A stretch of DNA of 33,993 nucleotides, taken from positions 7,275 to 41,267 of the forward strand of contig CAYLZE010000041.1 in NCBI GenBank assembly GCA_964388035.1, read 5' to 3'. The notes under the pieces are model-generated. The model was not told the origin of the DNA and searched no databases. It saw nothing but the letters and a program-made list of their open reading frames with translations. The DNA is from an uncultured archaeon. Lineage in GTDB: Archaea; Asgardarchaeota; Lokiarchaeia; Sigyniarchaeales; SOKP01. This document shows positions 27,491-33,993 of the stretch, piece after piece (positions within the stretch are counted from its first letter, which is position 1; each line of letters begins with the position of its first letter). A program made the translations under genes and the position numbers.

Positions 27491-28549
27491 TTATTCTTTC
27501 CAGGGATTTAAGTAATATTTTTCAGCAATTTGTAAAACAGATTTTTCAAAGTTTTTCATTTCCTCAATTGATGATTTTCTTCTCCCTAATTCAATTTCAT
27601 TGCAGATTTCTACTACTTTTTCATTCAATAACGTATTAATCCCTAATTCCTTTCCTTTTTCCACAAAATATCCGTTTAAAAAAGGGATTTCTGACTTTTC
27701 TCCTCTTTCAACAGAAGCTAAACTGGAAGATCGTAAATCACTATAACTCTTTCCTATTGATTTTAGAATATTATCTTTCCTTTCATAGGAGGATATATTA
27801 CTAGGAGTTAGTATGAGGTTTTTAAGATCCAATCCACTTATTTTTTCTATTTTAATATTTAATTTTTCACTAATTCGAATTCCTTCCGTCAAGAGGATTA
27901 AAAATGCTAGGCGCATGTACTTGTGTTCCAATATTTCGCCAAGTTTTAAACCGGAAATCAATCCAAAAGATGCCGTTGCGCAATTTATTAGTAATTTGGA
28001 GTATTTAATACCTATAATATTATTCGTCCAGCAACAAGGATCTATTAATGCGATAAGTTCGCATATTTCTTCATCACTTTCTTTTTTATTGTCCATCCAT
28101 CTTCCTGCATAAATTTCACCCTCTGAAGTTTTTAACGTGCTTGCGGGATCAAGGAGAGTAGCTCCATATGTGATGGAACAACTAATAATGTTATCGTGAA
28201 TCTCCATTACTTTTTCTTCAATTAGCCCATTAGTCATCATTATCAAGGTATAATTCTCCTTTATTCTCGAATTTAGAGCACTTACAATATTAAGCACAGG
28301 ATTGCATTTTGTAGTAATGAACACATGACGAATATCATTGGGGAGAGCGCTAATTTCATCCAAAGGAACAAGATTTTTCTTTATAATATAGGTATTCTTT
28401 CCGTTGGAATATTGAATTCCTTCGCGTTTGAGCTTCATTAACGATGTGGGATTTTTTTCCACTAAATAACATCCTATACCATTTTTTGCTAATTGGGCTG
28501 AAACTATGGACCCTATTGCTCCAATTCCGATAATGACTACTCTCTGAAT
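27491..28549 (-). CDS. panE: Ketopantoate reductase family (ApbA/PanE) oxidoreductase; start extended upstream of the ORF-track call
   Basis: In-frame upstream IQRVVIIGIGAIGS Rossmann motif, ITTK, MTNGL, YSKLLINCA, RSSSLASVERGEKSEIPFLNGY. Confidence 0.8.
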   Translation of the reverse strand: MQRVVIIGIGAIGSIVSAQLAKNGIGCYLVEKNPTSLMKLKREGIQYSNGKNTYIIKKNLVPLDEISALPNDIRHVFITTKCNPVLNIVSALNSRIKENYTLIMMTNGLIEEKVMEIHDNIISCSITYGATLLDPASTLKTSEGEIYAGRWMDNKKESDEEICELIALIDPCCWTNNIIGIKYSKLLINCATASFGLISGLKLGEILEHKYMRLAFLILLTEGIRISEKLNIKIEKISGLDLKNLILTPSNISSYERKDNILKSIGKSYSDLRSSSLASVERGEKSEIPFLNGYFVEKGKELGINTLLNEKVVEICNEIELGRRKSSIEEMKNFEKSVLQIAEKYYLNPWKE

Positions 28550-28887
28550 CGCATTAAACCTCTTTAAAATATAATTAGAAACACAAATAGCGTAGAAACT
28601 TAAATAATATAATAATGAAATGAATTGTTTATAGAAATATTTAAGCTAAAGGGATGCATAATTTAGAGTTGGTATGAGAGAAGAATTTCATTTATAAATC
28701 CATTCCGATTCTAAATTTTGGGAATTAAAAATCCGAAGTGTTGATAAAAAGAAGCACAAATTTCAATATTATTATTTTAAAGGCAATAAATTTATTTTAT
28801 CGAGTTTTTATTAATTATAGAGAAAATATATAGTGATTTTCAGTATAAATAATTTATTTTAAAATTATCCATAAAAAAACAATATAT

Positions 28888-29631
28888 ATGCCATTACTTA
28901 ATGTGAACCTCAAAGATTCAGAAAAGGAAAAAATAAAAAAACATATCAAGGGTAGTACAGATAAATCAATGAGTGAGTATGTACGTAGTATCCTTTCAGA
29001 AAAAATGAAAATAGATGAGATAATTAATAACGTGCCAAATGAAACGCCCATTACGATACCAGAGTATGTTCCAAAAAATAAATATGTTGTGTTCGTAAAT
29101 GGAGCAGTGGTTGCTGTAGGTGATTCTCCTTGTGATTTAGCTGAAATTGCAGTAAAAAAATTTCCTCAGTATCCTTTTAATATAAAATATAATGGGAAGA
29201 TTAAAAGGAGAATAGAGTATGTATATATGAGTTTCAAAGAATTTAATGGATGGAAGTATTCTATTTTTGAAGAAAACACGTATCCCATTATACCAATCAC
29301 CCTATATCTTGGAAAAGGAAAAATGGAAATACTTGCAATTTTTGATACTGCTGCTACTTTATGTGTATTAAAAGATAATGTCATTAATGTCAACGATCAG
29401 GTGATTAGTAGAAAGGAACAGTTATTTACAGCAGGAGGAATTGTTGATGCGTCGATCTATAACGGATCTGTCTCCATCCTCGATTCTACATTTGATATTG
29501 AATTTACGGTTGCTCCGATATCAGATTTATTGCCTTTTAAATTTTTAATCGGACGTAATTTAATGGACCAATTAGATGCTTATTTTATGGGGAAAAAACA
29601 GATATTATTATTAAAGGAAGCTGAACTTTAA
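28888..29631 (+). CDS. Ribbon-helix-helix + DUF5678-like + retropepsin-like aspartyl protease fusion
   Basis: N-terminal LNVNLKDSEKEKI...SMSEYVRSIL (RHH); KYVVFVNGAVVAVGDS (DUF5678-like); AIFDTAATLCVL...FLIGRNLMDQL (retropepsin). Confidence 0.7.
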   Translation: MPLLNVNLKDSEKEKIKKHIKGSTDKSMSEYVRSILSEKMKIDEIINNVPNETPITIPEYVPKNKYVVFVNGAVVAVGDSPCDLAEIAVKKFPQYPFNIKYNGKIKRRIEYVYMSFKEFNGWKYSIFEENTYPIIPITLYLGKGKMEILAIFDTAATLCVLKDNVINVNDQVISRKEQLFTAGGIVDASIYNGSVSILDSTFDIEFTVAPISDLLPFKFLIGRNLMDQLDAYFMGKKQILLLKEAEL

Positions 29632-29864
29632 AGAAGTTAAAAAGGAAATTTCTCTGAGTTTGTGAAGGATATAATAATAGAAAATTTTTAGAGCATTTTA
29701 GTTTAAAATAAAATTGTTATAGATTAGAATCATCCCTTTAATCCTAGATAAAATTGAGGTTCGCAACTCTAAAAAAAACCTTAAAAGATAAGATTAATGT
29801 TCTTATTTGATTAGAATCAATAATTTTTAACAAGCTGAATAATAAAATTTTTAAAAATTAAAGT

Positions 29865-30812
29865 ATGGTAAACCCCAGCAAAATCATTCAAGAATTCAAA
29901 GACCATCTAATTACCAAAAAACAAGCAATTGATTTATTAGTTGCCATCATTGATAATAGCAACAATAATAGTATCCGCGGGGAAAGTTTGAAAAGTCTTG
30001 ATAGAATTGCTCGCCGTGAAAGGTTTTATTTTAATTTTTTAGAAAATCTGGCTATTTCCGAACATGATGTGAAAATTAGGAGATATTGTTTATCTATTGT
30101 TAAAAACTATTTCTATGGGAAATCACTAAATCTGATAAGGTGGATTCTCCAAAATGAGAAGGATTATAAATGTTTAATTAATTCTATAAGAACCTTAATA
30201 AAAATTAATAATGAAGGAGCTAAAGCGTTATTGTATCAATGTCTTGAACAGATTAAAAGAAAAGATTATCTGATAGAGGGAATAAATTATCCCAAAAACA
30301 AATTTAAAGAATCTATAAGTGACTTCTTGCATTCCAAAAAACATGACGAAATTTCTACCTGTGATGCAGGAGAAATCATTATTAATTATTATACAATGGT
30401 ACATCTTTTCCAAAAGTTTTATACGGTTTATTATGACTTAGAAAATGGAGTGGTGACCCATTTAGATTTATCCGATGTGGGATGGAATGCCAATCTCTGG
30501 CGCCAAAAGTATTCTTGCTGGATAACTGATGTTTCTGAAATAACGGGATTAAAGAATTTAAGGCATTTAAAGTCATTGGACTTGTCTAATAACCGGATCA
30601 AATATGTGAAGAAATTAATTCAGTGTAAAAGCTTGGATACCCTCATTCTCTGCAATAACAGAATTGAAGCTTCTATCAACCAGCAGTATTTTCAACAAAT
30701 GCATAATCTGAAATATCTTGACCTCAGCGGGAATAAGATAATTAAGATCATGAATCCTCGCGAATATTTGGGAATCAAGCTCATTAGATATAAAGGGCTC
30801 CCGATTTTTTGA
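29865..30812 (+). CDS. HEAT-like repeat + leucine-rich-repeat protein
   Basis: N-terminal helical repeats (IRGESLKSL, FLENLAISEHDVKIR); C-terminal LRRs LKSLDLSNNRI, LDTLILCNNRI, LKYLDLSGNKI. Confidence 0.82.
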   Translation: MVNPSKIIQEFKDHLITKKQAIDLLVAIIDNSNNNSIRGESLKSLDRIARRERFYFNFLENLAISEHDVKIRRYCLSIVKNYFYGKSLNLIRWILQNEKDYKCLINSIRTLIKINNEGAKALLYQCLEQIKRKDYLIEGINYPKNKFKESISDFLHSKKHDEISTCDAGEIIINYYTMVHLFQKFYTVYYDLENGVVTHLDLSDVGWNANLWRQKYSCWITDVSEITGLKNLRHLKSLDLSNNRIKYVKKLIQCKSLDTLILCNNRIEASINQQYFQQMHNLKYLDLSGNKIIKIMNPREYLGIKLIRYKGLPIF

Positions 30813-30871
30813 TATCATTTTCTTAATTTTGAAGCCCATTATAATATAAACTAAGGAAAAACGCCTCCCTT

Positions 30872-32065
30872 TTAATTAATTGGAAAGGAAATACTTTCGG
30901 AAACAAGTGTATCGAAATCAATCCCATGGATGGGAGAGATTATATCAGAATGATAATTTTCTAAAAAACCATGAATAGCTTTCATATCTTCCCGGGATAA
31001 CCCTAATTTGGTATTATTCAGAAAACCTTGGAAAAGATGGATGAAATCTTGCTTGGTCAAGACTTGATATTTTGCTTGAATCAGTTTTATTAAAAGCCTT
31101 AAAATTTCTTTTTTCGTGAACTTTTTAGAAATTAAATGAGAGACTTGTTCATAATTAATGCACATATTATCTAACAGGTCAGAAAATATATTTATCAAGG
31201 TAGTTTCCGAGAGAATTAATGAATCTATTAAAAACTTCAAGCTATCTGCAATTAAATGTTCATAGCCAATAGATATGCAATAGTTTATCAGGTTGATGGA
31301 AGAATTTCGATTAACAATATCATGTGAGATAATCGAACTTAACCCCTTTAAATAACTTGAGTAATCGTCATCTTCACCCATTTTATCAGTAAATGGGAAA
31401 GACTTAAAATAATATTCATATAAGGAGTTTTCTTGACCTCTTGTTAATGATTTTATTTTAATACCGATTACTAAATCAGAAAGTTCAATTTGATCTAAAT
31501 TAAGCTCCTCTCTTAGTAATTCAATGAGAAAAAGTGCTTCATTGAATTGCAATACCATAAATACTATCAAACTATTAATCAATCTGCCAATTCTGAACCG
31601 ACTGGTATACTCATTCACTAAAATTGTTTTAAAAATTTCAGATAGTTTAGGAAGCGAAATAACATGATTGTCTAATAACCATTCAATAATTTGAGCAACA
31701 TGAAATCCTAATGAATTCTCGTGGTCATATTGAATTAGATTTCCAAGTAAGATGCTCATATTAGGATTAATTTGGTATAGATTAAAGAAAGTGAGGGCCG
31801 GTAAAATAATTTGAATTACTTCTTCCTTCTCCTTCGCATGATATATTCGCGTACCTAATGCAAAAATCTCGCAAAATAGTGAACTTAAAAGCATGGTGTC
31901 GTGTTGTTGGAATTTTTCATTAAAATATCGGATTAATCTTGCGACACATTCTTTTACTTCAAGAGTAAGAAAAAGTTCCTGAAAGTAAATGATAACATTG
32001 CTATAATTTTTAGTATCGATAATATTTAAAGTTAAAATCTTTTCTAAAGTATATTTGCTTTCCAT
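30872..32065 (-). CDS. Hypothetical all-alpha (solenoid-like) protein
   Basis: 397-aa ORF, Leu/Ile-rich amphipathic helices, no catalytic motif recognised. Confidence 0.65.
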   Translation of the reverse strand: MESKYTLEKILTLNIIDTKNYSNVIIYFQELFLTLEVKECVARLIRYFNEKFQQHDTMLLSSLFCEIFALGTRIYHAKEKEEVIQIILPALTFFNLYQINPNMSILLGNLIQYDHENSLGFHVAQIIEWLLDNHVISLPKLSEIFKTILVNEYTSRFRIGRLINSLIVFMVLQFNEALFLIELLREELNLDQIELSDLVIGIKIKSLTRGQENSLYEYYFKSFPFTDKMGEDDDYSSYLKGLSSIISHDIVNRNSSINLINYCISIGYEHLIADSLKFLIDSLILSETTLINIFSDLLDNMCINYEQVSHLISKKFTKKEILRLLIKLIQAKYQVLTKQDFIHLFQGFLNNTKLGLSREDMKAIHGFLENYHSDIISPIHGIDFDTLVSESISFPIN

Positions 32066-32299
32066 TTTTTCAATGCCTTTTGCAGGAATTCAAATTATTA
32101 TGATAAGGTAATCCCGTTAAATGATTACTTTAATCACGCTATGAATTTTTCATTTTTAAATTTTTTGTTGAGAATAATCATGTACAAGGTATTATAGTGT
32201 TAAAAATGTCAAATAATGAACTAAATTAAAGAAATCTGAAACCATAATAAAAAAAATTAAAAAGCATGGTGTTTATTTATTAACATTTTGAACTTGGAA

Positions 32300-32722
32300 T
32301 TAAAATCCTTCCCAAAATTTGACGGCTGGATCCTCAAGATGATTTTCCTCAATTTCTTTGCCGAATTCCTCAAAATAGTTAACATCACAATCCCAAGATT
32401 TAAAAAATTCCGTGTCAAACTTTTCTAGAAACTTGTCTTTAATTTTTCCTAATTCCTCTAACGCTTTTTTTTCTTTGATATTTTTAGGGTATCCCGCAAT
32501 AAATAGAATATTATTCGCTCGGATGATGCTAAATTTCTTGCTACTTAACTCAAAGCTCGTTAAACCTCCTTCTATTAGTTGGTTAGCAAAGGAATTTATT
32601 GCGGACATGAGAGCTCCAAATAGCTGGCTTTCAAGCTTCTGATCGAATACTCTACTAAATAGTACCGTTCCTTGTTCGGAGAGTACCCATAAATCTTGAA
32701 GAACTTTTGTCATTCTTTTCAC
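32300..32722 (-). CDS. Longin-domain (longin/roadblock-like) protein
   Basis: LWVLSEQGTVLFSR...QLFGALMSAINSFA..L..GGLTSFEL..KKF.I....ILFI...LEELGKIKDKF: beta-beta-alpha-beta-beta-beta-alpha longin pattern. Confidence 0.78.
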   Translation of the reverse strand: MKRMTKVLQDLWVLSEQGTVLFSRVFDQKLESQLFGALMSAINSFANQLIEGGLTSFELSSKKFSIIRANNILFIAGYPKNIKEKKALEELGKIKDKFLEKFDTEFFKSWDCDVNYFEEFGKEIEENHLEDPAVKFWEGF

Positions 32723-32741
32723 GTATAATATTAATTTTTTT

Positions 32742-33473
32742 TTACTTTTTACTTAAACGCTTAGAAAGGGATTTTGGAAGGAAAAAACCAAAATAATATT
32801 CAACTGCAGTTGAGATTAAAAGCAAACGAACGACTACTACTAAAACAACGTTCATAGGTAATGCGGCATCAAGGATGGCACCAATAGTGAAGGATATCCA
32901 CGCAATCAACAAGAAATAACCTTTCAATTTTATTTCGGAATTTTCCGTTTTAATGAATTTATAGGAGAATATTATTCCTGAGATCAAAAATACAATTATC
33001 GCAGAAAGGATAAAAAGCAAGCTTGTAATAGCATGGTTGGTGTCAAAAATACCATTAAAAACCGCAATCATTTGAGGATTAGTTATTAAAGCATAAATTA
33101 AGAATATATCCCAAGCAAGAGCAAAAACGACGGTGCATAGAACGATGATTTTTTTATAATTTGGGTAAAAAACCTCACAGAAGGCATATAACCATAGTAT
33201 AAGTCCCCATCCTATAAACAAATTTGCAATAAAGAGATAGGTGTCATTACTAAGTTGAATATTAAAGAAGCCATAGGAAACAAATTGGACCGCAACACCC
33301 CACCAAGCAGATGAAACTAAGATATATGTCAGTCCTACAGCAATTAAATCCTTTCTTTCTAATGTAATTCCTTTATACGTTATTCTAATTCCAATTAAGA
33401 ATGCAATTATCACCCATATTAGCCCAAATAGGCCTTGCAATAATTCAACAGTACTAAAGCTTTGTAGTGCCAT
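32742..33473 (-). CDS. Seven-transmembrane membrane protein of unknown function
   Basis: Seven hydrophobic segments, no soluble output domain; 19 bp upstream of the longin gene. Confidence 0.75.
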   Translation of the reverse strand: MALQSFSTVELLQGLFGLIWVIIAFLIGIRITYKGITLERKDLIAVGLTYILVSSAWWGVAVQFVSYGFFNIQLSNDTYLFIANLFIGWGLILWLYAFCEVFYPNYKKIIVLCTVVFALAWDIFLIYALITNPQMIAVFNGIFDTNHAITSLLFILSAIIVFLISGIIFSYKFIKTENSEIKLKGYFLLIAWISFTIGAILDAALPMNVVLVVVVRLLLISTAVEYYFGFFLPKSLSKRLSKK

Positions 33474-33782
33474 TTTTATTCATTATTTTTTTATTATATT
33501 ATAAGATAACGCTTATGTTGATTATAATAACTTAAAGATAATTTATATTTTTATCTTTATTTTAGTTTTAACCATTAAATAAAAATTGTTTGTAAAAGCT
33601 AAAAAGAACACCAAATCTTATAAGATATCTTGATTGTACCCTTATCTTTAAATTACATATAGTAAAAATATATTACTTTTCTTAATAAGAGCTTTAAAAA
33701 AGATAGAATTAAAAAAAATATTTCATTACATGACTCAAATATGTAAACTTTTAGTTAATTTAATCCAAAAAAGAAAAAAAAA

Positions 33783-33993
33783 ATGAATGTTAAAAAATGG
33801 TATGAAATCGATCATTTTAAGAAAGATTTAATGGTAATTCGGGAAAGGATTGACCGTATTGACCCGCGATTTCATACCAAATATACAAACTTATATCTCC
33901 TATTGGGAAAAAAAGAGGCACTGCTTATTGATACTGGATCGGGTGTTCTCCCATTAAAGCCACTTATACAAGAATTCATAGGAAATAAAGAAT
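33783..33993 (+). CDS. MBL-fold metallo-hydrolase, 5' part only
   Basis: Not in ORF track. Reads MNVKKWYEIDHF...NLYLLLGKKEALLIDTGSG..., the N.YL.....ALLIDTG start of metallo-beta-lactamase folds; open to the window end. Confidence 0.75.
   Translation, partial: MNVKKWYEIDHFKKDLMVIRERIDRIDPRFHTKYTNLYLLLGKKEALLIDTGSGVLPLKPLIQEFIGNKE

Noticed and set aside
28674-28814. Interrupted reading frame (MREEFHL*IHSDSKFWELKIRS...) upstream of the RHH fusion, possibly a toxin or WGR-like remnant
   Set aside because: Only about 46 codons with an internal stop; the similarity is too weak to support a pseudogene call.
32742-33473. 7TM protein as a rhodopsin or true GPCR
   Set aside because: No retinal-binding Lys motif in helix 7 and no DRY/NPxxY motifs; only the helix count matches.

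Overview
AT-rich, gene-dense window that looks like an Asgard archaeon (probably Lokiarchaeia). That assignment is inferred from the Rab-like GTPase, longin- and DENN-like proteins, LRR proteins and an ISGY-TM-basic C-terminal sorting signal. Contents in order: partial TOBE/Mop gene; DtxR/MntR-type repressor with a Zn/Mn ABC transporter and three copies of a TTACGA-N4-TCGTAA palindrome; degenerate Rab-like GTPase with a Cys-rich tail; complete acetone carboxylase-like operon (acxABC); beta-hydroxyacid dehydrogenase; USP; two paralogous membrane-anchored PHP/DUF3604 hydrolases around a 4Fe-4S protein; HGSNAT-like acyltransferase; DENN-like protein plus GNAT; enolase-superfamily enzyme; soluble LRR-TIR-coiled-coil protein; small Sm-like protein; a three-repeat, 12-Cys zinc protein resembling spliceosomal PHF5A/Rds3; MFS transporter; ketopantoate reductase lacking an in-frame canonical start; RHH-DUF5678-retropepsin fusion; HEAT/LRR protein; 7TM plus longin pair; partial MBL hydrolase. 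The most notable stretch is 23-25.7 kb (LRR-TIR, Sm-like, PHF5A-like). No rRNA, tRNA, CRISPR array or transposase was recognised. All family calls come from reading motifs by eye, not from database searches.
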